Assembly: GCA_965221695.1 (NCBI GenBank)
Contig: OZ244905.1
Location: forward strand, 2,880,001 to 2,944,000
Length of the DNA stretch: 64,000 nucleotides
Direction of reading: 5' to 3'
DNA from: Gammaproteobacteria bacterium
Lineage (GTDB): Bacteria; Pseudomonadota; Gammaproteobacteria; Eutrophobiales; Eutrophobiaceae
Within the stretch, counting starts at the first letter, position 1. Each line of letters opens with the position of its first letter. Shown here piece by piece: positions 54,335-64,000 of this stretch. The notes below the pieces were generated by a model. It had not been told where the DNA came from, made no database searches, and saw nothing but the letters and a program-made list of their open reading frames with translations. The translations under genes were made by a program, and so were the position numbers.

Positions 54335-55776
54335 GTATCGGGAATCCAGTAAGACAAGGGGTCACCCTGCGGGCGACGCGGTATTTGACTGGACTCCCGC
54401 TTTCGCGGGAGTGGTGCGGTGGCGCCGCAGGCGCACTTTATTCCCTTATGCTCGCGCTAAACTTCGCACTGCCCACTGCCGCTGCCGCCGAGAACGCAGT
54501 CACCGACAGTGTAGTCACCAACAGCGCAGTCACCAGCAACGCAGCCGTCGACAGCGCCGCTGCTGACAGCGCAGGCGCCTACACCCTCTCGCAGGCATTC
54601 CTCGACACTTTGGCGCGGGACCCTCAAATACAGGCGGCGGAGAGCCGCGTCGCCGAGGCGCGCGAGCGGATGGAGGAAGTGAACGCCAGTCTGCGTCCCT
54701 CGCTTACCCTGTCCGGCAATACCGGTTATGCCTATAACCGCAACCAGGCTCGCATCACATCGATCTACGAAGGCCACTCGTCCCGGGGCAGGGTGCAGTT
54801 GAATCAAAACCTGTACACCTTTGGCCGTATTGAAGGCCGCCGCCAGCGTGTTGATGCCGAGATCGCCGAAGCGGAATTTGCCCTCGAAGAAGTACGCCAG
54901 GATGTACTGGCGGAGGTTGCCCGCGCCTTTTCCGAACAGTTGTTCCGGGAACGCATCTACCAGAGCCGCCAAGACTTTGAGAAGCTGCTGGGTGAGTTGG
55001 AGGATGCGGCGCGCCGCCGCATCGAACTGGGCACCCTGGACCGCACCGAATTATTTGGCGTGCTGCGCCGTCTGCACCAGGCAAAGGCGCAGCGCATCGA
55101 GGCACATTCCCGTTACCGCGTGGCGCGCGCGCAATTGGCCCGCCTGACGGGTCTGGAACACGACAACCTGGCCCCTGCCTCCCTGGCAAGTCTGGAACTG
55201 GCGGCGCCGACCAGTCTCGACTTCGCGTTGCACCAGGCAGAAAAGCAGTCTCCTGCGTTGATGCAAGCGCGTATGCGCCTGGAGGCTGCCGAGGGTGAGC
55301 TCGCATTCCGCAAGGCCGAACTCTGGCCGACCCTGAGCCTGGAAGTAAACGCCAGCACAGGCAATGTCGGGCAGATCGACACCACTGATGTCGTCGGTGG
55401 AGTCAATATCTCTGTGCCGATGTATGAGGGCGGCGCCAAGCGCTCGCAGTTGCGCGGCGCCAGGCTGGCGGTGGAGACTGCGCGCCGGGAACTGTTTGCG
55501 GTACAGGAACGGGTCGATATTGATGTGCGTTCCAACTGGGACCTGCTTCAAGGTCTGGTTATGTCTCTGCTGGAATTCGAGGCAGCCGTCGCCGACATGG
55601 ATGAAGTAGTGGCTTTGACCGGTAGTAAACTCGACGTAGGCCGCGCCACTTTCGTGCAGCACATCGAAGCCCGGCAAGACGCGCTGGATGTTGAATACGA
55701 ACTACTGAACAGCCACCTTCGCCTGGAAGAAACCCGCATCGAATTGCTGCGCGTCCTGGCGGAACTCAGTCCCTGA
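54331..55776 (+). CDS. TolC-family outer-membrane protein
   Basis: ATGA-coupled to the MFP gene; hydrophobic signal region, two OEP repeats (P.L.L, QNLYTFG, VPMYEGG). Confidence 0.9.
   Translation: MSIGNPVRQGVTLRATRYLTGLPLSREWCGGAAGALYSLMLALNFALPTAAAAENAVTDSVVTNSAVTSNAAVDSAAADSAGAYTLSQAFLDTLARDPQIQAAESRVAEARERMEEVNASLRPSLTLSGNTGYAYNRNQARITSIYEGHSSRGRVQLNQNLYTFGRIEGRRQRVDAEIAEAEFALEEVRQDVLAEVARAFSEQLFRERIYQSRQDFEKLLGELEDAARRRIELGTLDRTELFGVLRRLHQAKAQRIEAHSRYRVARAQLARLTGLEHDNLAPASLASLELAAPTSLDFALHQAEKQSPALMQARMRLEAAEGELAFRKAELWPTLSLEVNASTGNVGQIDTTDVVGGVNISVPMYEGGAKRSQLRGARLAVETARRELFAVQERVDIDVRSNWDLLQGLVMSLLEFEAAVADMDEVVALTGSKLDVGRATFVQHIEARQDALDVEYELLNSHLRLEETRIELLRVLAELSP
54339..54424 (+). 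repeat. Tripartite repeat in frame within the TolC ORF
   Basis: CGGGAATCCAGT...GTCACCC-TGC-GGGCGAC...ACTGGACTCCCGC-TTTC-GCGGGAGTGG with no in-frame stop. Confidence 0.9.
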
Positions 55777-55798
55777 TCCAGCCCCTCCCGCGCCTCTA

Positions 55799-57016
55799 TT
55801 ATTGAACCTTGGAGAAAACCAGGGTCGCGTTGGTCCCGCCAAAACCGAAGCTGTTGGACATTACCGTGTTCAGCCCGGCGTTGTCGACACGCTCCAGGGC
55901 AACAGGCATGCCTTCAGCATCCGGGTCAAGGTTACGGATATTGGCGGACTTGCAGACAAAATTATGTTTGAGCATCAGCAAGCTGAAAATGGCCTCGTTA
56001 ACGCCCGCAGCGCCGAGGCCGTGGCCGGACAGGGCTTTGGTTGAACTGATCGCCGGGATGTTGTTCCTGAATACCGTTCTGATCGCGCCCAGTTCGCCCG
56101 TGTCGCCGGCCGGTGTGCTGGTTGCATGAGCATTGATGTAGTCGACCGGGACCGTGGTAGTTGCCAGCGCCATCTCCATGCAGCGTACTGCGCCTTCGCC
56201 GGAAGGCTTGACCATGTCGAAGCCGTCTGAAGTAGCGCCGTAACCGCAAACCTCCGCATAGATTTTCGCATTCCGTTCTCTGGCATGTTCATACTCCTCC
56301 AGGACGACGATACCACCGCCGCCGGAGATGACGAACCCGTCCCGATCCGCATCGAAAGGCCGGGATGCGCTCGCCGGGTCGTCATTATATCGGGATGACA
56401 GCGCTCCCATCGCGTCGAACAACAGGGTCCCGCTCCAGTGGACCTCATCGCCGCCGCCGGCAAAGATAATATCCTGCTTGCCGGACTGGATAAGCTCGTA
56501 GCCGTTGCCTATGCAATGGGCGCTGGTGGCGCAGGCCGAGGCAATCGAATAATTGATCCCCTTGATTCGGTAGGCCACTGCCAGGCAGGCGCTGGCCGTG
56601 CTCGCCATGACCCGTGGCACCATTGTCGGCCCGACTTTTCTGGCGCCTCGACTGCGCAATATGTCTGCCGCGGCGATCATGTTCTCCGTGGAACTACCGC
56701 CGGTTCCCACGATCAAGCCGGCGCGCGGGTTGGATACCTGGTCTTCATCGAGGCCTGCATCGGCCACCGCGTCCTGCATTGCCAGGTAGGCATAAGCGGC
56801 GCCATCGCCCATAAAACGTTTATGCTTTCTTTCTATCAGCGCATCCAGATCCAGTTTTATCGGGGCATGCAGGTGGGAACGAAAGCCCAGCTCGGCATAT
56901 TCTGGCGCATATTCCACGCCGCCAGTGGCCGATTTCAATGCGCTGAGGACTTCCGCCTGGCTGTTTCCTATACTGGATTTGATACCCAGGCCGGTAATGA
57001 CTACTCGTTTCAACAT
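55799..57016 (-). CDS. fabB: Beta-ketoacyl-ACP synthase I
   Basis: [46 protein letters not shown]; follows fabA. Confidence 0.96.
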   Translation of the reverse strand: MLKRVVITGLGIKSSIGNSQAEVLSALKSATGGVEYAPEYAELGFRSHLHAPIKLDLDALIERKHKRFMGDGAAYAYLAMQDAVADAGLDEDQVSNPRAGLIVGTGGSSTENMIAAADILRSRGARKVGPTMVPRVMASTASACLAVAYRIKGINYSIASACATSAHCIGNGYELIQSGKQDIIFAGGGDEVHWSGTLLFDAMGALSSRYNDDPASASRPFDADRDGFVISGGGGIVVLEEYEHARERNAKIYAEVCGYGATSDGFDMVKPSGEGAVRCMEMALATTTVPVDYINAHATSTPAGDTGELGAIRTVFRNNIPAISSTKALSGHGLGAAGVNEAIFSLLMLKHNFVCKSANIRNLDPDAEGMPVALERVDNAGLNTVMSNSFGFGGTNATLVFSKVQ

Positions 57017-57049
57017 ATTACCCTGATGCTTTGAAGGCTGCGAAAATTA

Positions 57050-57559
57050 TCATAAATCCCGAAATAACCCTACCCGGAGGTCTTTCGCCGAATAGGTCTC
57101 TTTGTCATTGACATACATGTAGCCGTCTGCGATTCCCATGACCAGGCTTCGGGAAACGACTTTTTTCATATCAATAACGTATTTTACCAATTTGCAATCG
57201 GGCGTGACCTGTCCGGAGAACTTGATTTTGCCAGCGCCCAACGCCCGACCGCGACCCGGCGCGCCGGTCCAGCCCAGGTAGAAGCCAACCAGTTGCCACA
57301 TCGCGTCAAGACCCAGGCAGCCCGGCATCACCGGGTCACCCTGAAAGTGACATTCAAAAAACCATAGTTGTGGATGAATATCCAACTCGGCGACGACATA
57401 TCCCTTTCCCTTATTGCCCCCGCTCTCACTGATATCAGTAATACGGTCAAACATCAGCATATTATGCAACGGCAACTGGGCATTACCCTCCCCGAACAAC
57501 TCACCCTGACCACAGGCAATCAGTTCCTCTTTGGAATACGAACTTTTTCCTTTGCGCAT
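57050..57559 (-). CDS. fabA: 3-hydroxyacyl-ACP dehydratase/isomerase
   Basis: [31 protein letters not shown]. Confidence 0.97.
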   Translation of the reverse strand: MRKGKSSYSKEELIACGQGELFGEGNAQLPLHNMLMFDRITDISESGGNKGKGYVVAELDIHPQLWFFECHFQGDPVMPGCLGLDAMWQLVGFYLGWTGAPGRGRALGAGKIKFSGQVTPDCKLVKYVIDMKKVVSRSLVMGIADGYMYVNDKETYSAKDLRVGLFRDL

Positions 57560-57661
57560 AGGTTGCACAGTATCGCATGTTTGACCCGAATTTCAACAAG
57601 ATCAGGGCGCTGCGCATCCCGACGATATGTAATAGTTGGCACAGGCCAGGCTATTCCCCTA

Positions 57662-57734
57662 TACCACTCCCGCAACAGCGGGAGTCCAGTCAAATACTTT
57701 ATCGCCTGAAAGGCGACCCTTTGTTCACTGGATT
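57662..57734 (-). repeat. Tripartite repeat, reverse orientation
   Basis: TACCACTCCCGC-AACA-GCGGGAGTCCAGT, TCGCCT-GAA-AGGCGAC, CACTGGATT. Confidence 0.88.
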
Positions 57735-57803
57735 ACGTAGTTTGCCCCCGCTCAGCGCCACACTTAGTAAAACTAACACAGCAAATAATGCTAGAATCGG
57801 CGT

Positions 57804-59030
57804 ATGACCAATCAGCAGGGAATTTCGGACAGGCGGCCTAGTGTGCCGGTCAGCATCGGGCCGGTTAAGGTAGGCGGCGGCGCGCCTGTTGTCGTGCAGT
57901 CGATGACGAATACCGATACCGCCGATGCGGTGGCGACGGTGAAGCAGGTACAGCAACTGGCTGCCGCCGGGTCGGAGCTGGTGCGCATCACGGTCAATAA
58001 CGAGGATGCGGCGCGCCAGGTTGCCCGTATCCGCGAGCGGCTGGATGCGCTGGGTTGCAATGTGCCTCTTATCGGCGATTTCCATTACAACGGCCACCTG
58101 TTACTGACGAAATACCCCGATTGCGCCGAGGCGCTGGCCAAGTACCGCATCAATCCGGGCAACGTGGGTTTCGGCAGGAAGCGGGACAGCCAGTTCGCCA
58201 CTCTCATCGAGAAAGCCATCGAATATGACAAACCGATACGCATCGGCGTGAACTGGGGCAGCCTGGACCAGGAACTTGCGACCCACATGATGGACGAGAA
58301 TGCCAAATTGGCGGAACCCCTGGACGCCGACAGTGTGATGCAGGAGGCTTTGATCGTTTCCGCGCTGAACAGCGCGCAGAAAGCCGAGGAGATTGGCCTG
58401 CCCCGGGACAGGATTATCCTGTCCTGCAAGGTGAGCGGGGTGCAGAAGCTGATTTCGGTTTACCGGGACCTGGCCGGACGCAGCGATTATGCGCTGCATC
58501 TCGGCCTGACCGAAGCCGGGATGGGTTCCAAGGGGATTGTCGCGTCTACCGCGGCGCTGGGAGTCCTGTTGCAGGAAGGTATAGGCGATACCATCCGGAT
58601 TTCCCTGACCCCCGAACCGGGTGGCGACCGCGCCACCGAGGTGTTCGTGGCCCAGGAACTGCTGCAAACGATGGGCCTGCGTTCATTCACCCCGCTGGTC
58701 ACAGCCTGTCCCGGCTGCGGCCGCACCACCAGCACCGTGTTCCAGGAACTGGCGGATAATATCCAGGCTTATATCCGGACCCAGATGCCGATATGGCGCG
58801 GGAAATACCCTGGCGTAGAGGAGTTGAACCTGGCGGTAATGGGCTGCGTGGTGAACGGCCCGGGAGAGAGTAAGCATGCGGACATCGGTATCAGCCTGCC
58901 TGGCACCGGTGAAGCGCCTTCAGCGCCGGTCTTTGTCGATGGAAAGAAGACTGTCACTCTGCGCGGGGAAAATATTGCCGCCGAATTCCAGGCTATAGTG
59001 GATAATTACATAGAAAACCGCTTTGGATAA
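57804..59030 (+). CDS. ispG: HMBPP synthase
   Basis: [47 protein letters not shown]. Confidence 0.97.
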   Translation: MTNQQGISDRRPSVPVSIGPVKVGGGAPVVVQSMTNTDTADAVATVKQVQQLAAAGSELVRITVNNEDAARQVARIRERLDALGCNVPLIGDFHYNGHLLLTKYPDCAEALAKYRINPGNVGFGRKRDSQFATLIEKAIEYDKPIRIGVNWGSLDQELATHMMDENAKLAEPLDADSVMQEALIVSALNSAQKAEEIGLPRDRIILSCKVSGVQKLISVYRDLAGRSDYALHLGLTEAGMGSKGIVASTAALGVLLQEGIGDTIRISLTPEPGGDRATEVFVAQELLQTMGLRSFTPLVTACPGCGRTTSTVFQELADNIQAYIRTQMPIWRGKYPGVEELNLAVMGCVVNGPGESKHADIGISLPGTGEAPSAPVFVDGKKTVTLRGENIAAEFQAIVDNYIENRFG

Positions 59031-59062
59031 GCTGTAAGCGGAACAAAGGGCACATCCACAAA

Positions 59063-59096
59063 TGCCTCACCCGCCTCCACGACGGGTGAGGCAAAA
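59063..59096. terminator. Stem-loop between convergent genes
   Basis: TGCCTCACCCG-N9-CGGGTGAGGCA flanked by A runs. Confidence 0.55.
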
Positions 59097-59165
59097 TGTA
59101 AGCAGAATTCCTTACAACTGACCGGAGAGTCGATCTGCTATCGATTTATCCGGATTGTCGGTTCC

Positions 59166-59519
59166 TCAGCCTTTCATCCGATTCATGGTTCGCCCGACGA
59201 GAATGCTGACTACGCCTGCATTCAACGCTGTGGTAACCTGATCGAGGATACCGTCAAGGTGTGAACCAACCGCAGGAATCATCTGTAATACGCCATTAGC
59301 GTCTCCGCCACCCCCTCCATCGGGCATGGTTGCCGCAACGCCCACAGCAATGGTGACTGCAAGGTAAGCTACGGGGTCTTCCGCGTCAATTGCCGTCCAG
59401 CCATAGATCAATCCGAGGATGACCAAGGCCAGGGGAAGCAAGTTCGACGGAACGGCCCCAGGGGCGACGCCTTCGATGATTGCCGCTAAAACGATCAATC
59501 CAATAACGATTCTAGTCAT
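59166..59519 (-). CDS. Hypothetical membrane protein
   Basis: GGAGG RBS; three to four hydrophobic segments. Confidence 0.7.
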   Translation of the reverse strand: MTRIVIGLIVLAAIIEGVAPGAVPSNLLPLALVILGLIYGWTAIDAEDPVAYLAVTIAVGVAATMPDGGGGGDANGVLQMIPAVGSHLDGILDQVTTALNAGVVSILVGRTMNRMKG

Positions 59520-59748
59520 ACTAATTCCCTCCTACAGTTATTATTGCATGAAGGGCCTACCGTCGACTGCCCCAAGCTTGTCCCTCAGACGCAATCTTCG
59601 GTAAGCCGCCACACAACTATAGCACATAAACAACGTAAGCGGTCAAGAGGAAATTCGCATATTTGTGAACGCGGAGGCTGGCATGACACCCTTGCGCGAA
59701 TAATATACAATCGGCACACACCATTTATAAGACTTCGTGAGGAACAAA

Positions 59749-61686
59749 ATGTCTGAAGTGAAAGCCTATCCGGTCTCTCCGACTGTTGCCGGCGATGCCA
59801 ATATTAACGAAAAACAATACGCCGCGATGTACGACCAGTCCATCAACGATCCGGACGCGTTCTGGGCCGAACAGGCTGAAAAGTTCGTAAGCTGGTCCAG
59901 GAAGTGGGACAAGGTCCAGGACTGGGACTATAACAAGGTGGACATCAAGTGGTTCAGTGGGGCTAAACTGAATGTATCGTACAACTGCCTGGACCGGCAC
60001 CTGGAGACCCGCGGTGATGATGTGGCCATTATCTGGGAGGGCGACGACCCCAGTGTCGATAAAAAGATCACCTACCGGGAACTGCACCGGGAAGTATGCC
60101 GTTTCGCCAACGTTCTGAAGGCCAGGGGCGTCGGCAAGGGTGACCGCGTGTCCATCTACATGCCGATGATCCCGGAGGCGGCCGTGGCGATGCTGGCCTG
60201 CACCCGTATCGGCGCGGTTCACTCGATCGTGTTCGGCGGGTTCTCCCCGGAGGCGCTCAAGGACCGCATCCTGGATTCCGATTGCCGCGTGGTCGTTACC
60301 GCGGACGAAACCGTGCGCGGCGGCCGCACTACACCGCTGAAGGCGAACACCGACAAGGCCCTTGAGCATTGCCCGGATGTGCACAGCGTGATCGTGGTGC
60401 AGCGCTCCGGCGCCGATGTGGACTGGACCGAGGGGCGTGACCTCTGGTACCACGAGCAGATGGAGCAGGCCGCTGACGACTGCCCACCGGAGGAAATGGA
60501 CGCGGAAGACCCGCTGTTTATCCTTTACACCTCCGGTTCCACCGGCAAACCCAAGGGAGTTCTGCACACCACCGGCGGTTACCTGCTGTATGCCGCCCTG
60601 ACCCACAAGTACGTGTTTGATTATCACGACGGCGAGGTCTACTGGTGTACCGCCGATGTGGGCTGGGTAACGGGGCATACCTACATTGTTTACGGACCGC
60701 TGTGCAACGGCGCCATCACCCTGATGTTCGAGGGCGTGCCCACCTATCCTGATGCGGGCCGCTTCTGGCAGGTGGTGGACAAGCACCAGGTCAACATCTT
60801 CTATACCGCGCCGACGGCGTTACGCGCCCTGATGGGGCAGGGCGACGAGTTTGTGAAACGGCACGACCGCGGCAGCCTGCGCATACTCGGCAGTGTCGGC
60901 GAACCGATCAACCCGGAGGCCTGGGAGTGGTACTACCACGTGGTCGGCGACGAGCGCTGTCCGATTGCGGACACCTGGTGGCAGACCGAGACCGGCGGTA
61001 TTCTCATTTCTCCGTACCCGGGCGCCACTGCCCTGAAACCCGGCTCCGCCACCCGGCCCTGTTTCGGTGTGGAGCCATGCCTGGTGGACGACAAGGGTAA
61101 CGAACTGGATGGCGCGACCTCCGGCGCGCTGTGCATCAAACGCTCCTGGCCAGGCCAGATGCGCACTGTGTACGGCGACCACCAGCGCTTTATTGACACC
61201 TACTTCAAGACCTTCCCCGGCATGTATTTCACCGGCGACGGGGCGCGCCGCGACGAAGACGGCTATTACTGGATCACCGGGCGCGTGGACGACGTGATCA
61301 ATGTCTCCGGTCACCGCATGGGCACCGCCGAAGTGGAAAGCGCGCTGGTGCTGCATGATGCGGTTGCCGAGGCCGCCGTGGTAGGCTTCCCCCATGATAT
61401 CAAGGGGCAGGGCATCTATGCCTACGTGACCCTGATGGGCGGGGTCGAATCTTCCCCGGAACTGCGCCGGGAGCTGGTTTTACATGTACGCAAGGAGATC
61501 GGCCCCATCGCCAGCCCGGATGTGGTCCAGTGGGCGCCGGGCTTGCCCAAGACCCGTTCCGGCAAGATCATGCGTCGCATCCTGCGCAAAATCGCCGCCA
61601 ATGAACTGGATAACCTGGGCGACACCAGCACCCTGGCAGACCCCGCAGTCGTCGATGACTTGATTGAGAACCGGGAAGTGAAATAA
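59749..61686 (+). CDS. acs: Acetyl-CoA synthetase
   Basis: [38 protein letters not shown]. Confidence 0.98.
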   Translation: MSEVKAYPVSPTVAGDANINEKQYAAMYDQSINDPDAFWAEQAEKFVSWSRKWDKVQDWDYNKVDIKWFSGAKLNVSYNCLDRHLETRGDDVAIIWEGDDPSVDKKITYRELHREVCRFANVLKARGVGKGDRVSIYMPMIPEAAVAMLACTRIGAVHSIVFGGFSPEALKDRILDSDCRVVVTADETVRGGRTTPLKANTDKALEHCPDVHSVIVVQRSGADVDWTEGRDLWYHEQMEQAADDCPPEEMDAEDPLFILYTSGSTGKPKGVLHTTGGYLLYAALTHKYVFDYHDGEVYWCTADVGWVTGHTYIVYGPLCNGAITLMFEGVPTYPDAGRFWQVVDKHQVNIFYTAPTALRALMGQGDEFVKRHDRGSLRILGSVGEPINPEAWEWYYHVVGDERCPIADTWWQTETGGILISPYPGATALKPGSATRPCFGVEPCLVDDKGNELDGATSGALCIKRSWPGQMRTVYGDHQRFIDTYFKTFPGMYFTGDGARRDEDGYYWITGRVDDVINVSGHRMGTAEVESALVLHDAVAEAAVVGFPHDIKGQGIYAYVTLMGGVESSPELRRELVLHVRKEIGPIASPDVVQWAPGLPKTRSGKIMRRILRKIAANELDNLGDTSTLADPAVVDDLIENREVK

Positions 61687-61832
61687 AGGGTCGCCCTCCG
61701 GGCGATGCAGAATTAGACTGGACTCCCGCTTCCGCGGGAGTGGTATGGTGGCGGGTTCACGGGAGCGCCCCCAACCCATTCCCGCGAAAGCGGGAATCCA
61801 GTGAAATACTATGTCGTCCGGAGGACGACACA
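61672..61832 (+). repeat. Tripartite repeat (B-C-linker-A-B)
   Basis: Starts at the acs stop; the second B is GTCGTCC-GGA-GGACGAC (compensatory pair). Confidence 0.9.
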
Positions 61833-61847
61833 TTATACTTCCAGTAA

Positions 61848-63032
61848 ATGATCACTGAAAACATCGCCGAATTGAAAGAGTATTTCAACCTCTGGTTGGA
61901 AGCCGGCGAACAGGCGTATGCGGAAATCGCGTTTACTGACGAGTACGCCCGCAATTTTGCCGGTCTGGTGAATGCCTTCCTGGCCATGCGCGCTGAGTTG
62001 GATGCGCAGCCTGACGGGGTCGCCCTGCCGGGGCTTCCCGGCTTTGCCGGCTTGCCCGGCGCGACGCCCGTTGAAGTCGGACCGTCAGCCAGGGACGAGG
62101 CGCACCGGGAGGACAAGGTTCGCCTATACCGTTACCGGGCGTTAGTCGATGAACCCCATGCCGTCCCGGTGCTGATCGTCTACGCCCTGGTCAACAGGCC
62201 ATATATCATGGACTTGCAGGAAGGGCGTTCCTTGGTACAGGGGCTGCTCAAGGCCGGCCTGGACGTTTACCTGCTCGACTGGGGTTGTCCCGACGATGGT
62301 GATACGGGCCTAACCCTGGATGATTACATCAACCGCTACCTGGGCAACGCGGTGGATATCATCCGGCAGCGCCACAGCGCGGAACGCATCAACCTGCTGG
62401 GTGTGTGCCAGGGTGGTACCTTCTGCCTTTGTTATACCGCCTTGCATCAGGATAAGGTCGCCAACCTGGTGACCAGCGTGACGCCGGTGGACTTTCACAC
62501 CCCGCGCGACCTGCTCAGCCACCTGGTGCGGCACGTGGACATGGACCTGGCCGTAGATACGCTGGGCAATATACCCGGCGAGTTCCTGAACTGGTTGTTC
62601 CTGATGTTGAAACCGTACAAGCTGACCGGGAAGAAGTACCTGGATGCGTTGGAGCTACTGCATGACAAGGACCGGTTCGCTACCTTCATGCGCATGGAAA
62701 AATGGATCTTCGACAGTCCGGACCAGGCCGGCGCCGCCTGCCGCCAATTTGCGAGGGATTTCTACCAGGGCAACAAGCTGGTCAAGGGCGAGGTCGAAAT
62801 CGGCGGCAAACGGATAAACCTGGAGTCGATCACCGTCCCGGTCCTGAACATTTTCGCCACCAACGACCACCTGGTCCCGGTCGATGCGTCAAAAGCGCTG
62901 GCCGGCTGCATCAGCAGCAAGGATTACACCGAACTGGAGCTTCCCGGCGGCCACATCGGCATCTACGTAGGCGCCGGCGCCAAAGACACCTTACCCGTCG
63001 CCATCAACAACTGGCTCAGGCAACGGCCCTGA
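61848..63032 (+). CDS. phaC: Class III PHA synthase PhaC with N-terminal PhaE-like segment
   Basis: YALVNRPY..DLQ, GVCQGG catalytic Cys box, RMEKWIFDSPDQAG, DHLVP, GGHIG. Confidence 0.9.
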   Translation: MITENIAELKEYFNLWLEAGEQAYAEIAFTDEYARNFAGLVNAFLAMRAELDAQPDGVALPGLPGFAGLPGATPVEVGPSARDEAHREDKVRLYRYRALVDEPHAVPVLIVYALVNRPYIMDLQEGRSLVQGLLKAGLDVYLLDWGCPDDGDTGLTLDDYINRYLGNAVDIIRQRHSAERINLLGVCQGGTFCLCYTALHQDKVANLVTSVTPVDFHTPRDLLSHLVRHVDMDLAVDTLGNIPGEFLNWLFLMLKPYKLTGKKYLDALELLHDKDRFATFMRMEKWIFDSPDQAGAACRQFARDFYQGNKLVKGEVEIGGKRINLESITVPVLNIFATNDHLVPVDASKALAGCISSKDYTELELPGGHIGIYVGAGAKDTLPVAINNWLRQRP

Positions 63033-63035
63033 CAA

Positions 63036-63722
63036 TACCATTCCCGTGCAAACGGGAATCCAGTGAAACAAAGGGTCGCCCTTTGGGCGACACAGTATTC
63101 TACTGGACTCCCACTTTCGTGGGAGTGGTATGGTGGCGGGGTTAGCGGTAGCGCCCCGCATCCCATTCCCGTGGAAACGGGAATCCAGTGGGACAACGAG
63201 TCGCCCTTCGGGCGACACAGTATCTGACTGGACTCCCGCTTCCGCGGGAGTGGTACGGTGGCTGGGTTTACGGAAGCGCCCCCCATCCCATTCCCGTGGA
63301 AACGGGAATCCAGTGAGACAACGAGTCGCCCTTTGGGCGACACAGTATCTGACTGGACTCCTGCTTTCGCAGGAGTGGTACGGTGGCGGTGTTCACGCAA
63401 GCGCCCCCATCCCATTCCCGTGGAAACGGGAATCCAGTGAAACAAGGGGTCGCCCTTTGGGCGACACAGTATTCTACTGGACTCCCACTTTCGTGGGAGT
63501 GGTATGGTGGCAGTGTTCACGGGAGTGCTCCCCACCCCATTCCCGTGGAAACGGGAATCCAGTGAGACAACGAGTCGCCCTTTGGGCGACACAGTATCTG
63601 ACTGGACTCCTGCTTTCGCAGGAGTGGTACGGTGGCGGTGTTCACGCAAGCGCCCCCATCCCATTCCCGTGGAAACGGGAATCCAGTGGGACAAGGGGTC
63701 GCCCTTCGGGCGACACTGTATT
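63036..63722 (+). repeat. Tandem array of 5.5 copies of the 124-125-bp tripartite palindromic unit
   Basis: Unit starts (CCATTCCC) at 63038, 63163, 63288, 63412, 63537, 63661. Confidence 0.97.
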
Positions 63723-63726
63723 TGAT

Positions 63727-64000
63727 TTAAAGGATCTCCTCATATAAATCTCTCCATGCTGGATTTTGTTTTTCAATAAGTTCCGTCTTCCATTTTCTGT
63801 TCCATTTTTTTATTTGCTTCTCTCGCATGAGAGCAGCGTCCCTATCACCATGTACTTCATAGTAAACCAGGCGATGTACGCTATATTTTTTGGTAAATCC
63901 ATCCACCACCTTATTTTTATGTTCCCACACGCGTGCAGGTAAATCGTTAGTGACGCCTGTATAAAGCGTGCCGTTCTGTTTGTTTGCCATGATATAAACT
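63727..64000 (-). CDS. Small GIY-YIG nuclease (UPF0213/YhbQ-like); 5' end outside window
   Basis: VYIMANKQNGTLYTGVT.DL..RVWEH, FTKKY, LVYYE, A..REKQIK.W.R.WK..LIE..NP.W.DL; frame open to the window edge. Confidence 0.92.
   Translation of the reverse strand, partial: VYIMANKQNGTLYTGVTNDLPARVWEHKNKVVDGFTKKYSVHRLVYYEVHGDRDAALMREKQIKKWNRKWKTELIEKQNPAWRDLYEEIL

Noticed and set aside
63036-63722. CRISPR array
   Set aside because: The sequences between hairpins are homologous to each other rather than unique spacers, the period is ~125 bp, copies are dispersed in both orientations, and no cas gene is in the window.
62963-63747. ORFs of 243, 205 and 60-75 aa over the array
   Set aside because: They are translations of the repeat itself (IPFPWKRESS, HWIPVSTGM) on both strands with no independent coding evidence.

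Overview
A 64-kb, GC-rich chromosomal segment of a gammaproteobacterium (gene content and order; lineage not determinable here). Most of it is housekeeping: lgt-thyA-folA, apaGH, comM-ubiK, an NtrC/sigma54-type porin-amtB-glnK cluster plus a second amtB, aroE, apbC-dcd-lptD-surA-pdxA-rsmA, metG-rnf, cysG, msrB, mltF, fabAB, ispG, acs, phaC and tRNA-Arg(CCG). An accessory stretch at about 42-56 kb holds VapBC, orphan antitoxin-like genes, a large RTX protein, two coiled-coil membrane-anchored proteins and a type I secretion operon. The most striking signal is non-coding. A ~125-bp unit of three hairpins (A: ATTCCC-N8-GGGAAT; B: GTCGCCC-N3-GGGCGAC; C: an inverted variant of A) occurs at about 18 loci, shows compensatory base changes, and forms a 5.5-copy tandem array directly against a small GIY-YIG nuclease gene at the window end. 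This suggests a REP/BIME-like system served by a GIY-YIG enzyme rather than a RAYT transposase (inference). Copies enter coding sequences (in frame in the TolC N-terminus; supplying the rnfB stop) and bracket two apparent rearrangements (inverted rnfCDG; split rsmA-apaG operon). Also present: further small repeat families, a nested ERIC-like element, a PhaE-fragment/PhaC fusion and an ends-only duplicate of a small ORF. All family assignments come from motif recognition, not database searches.
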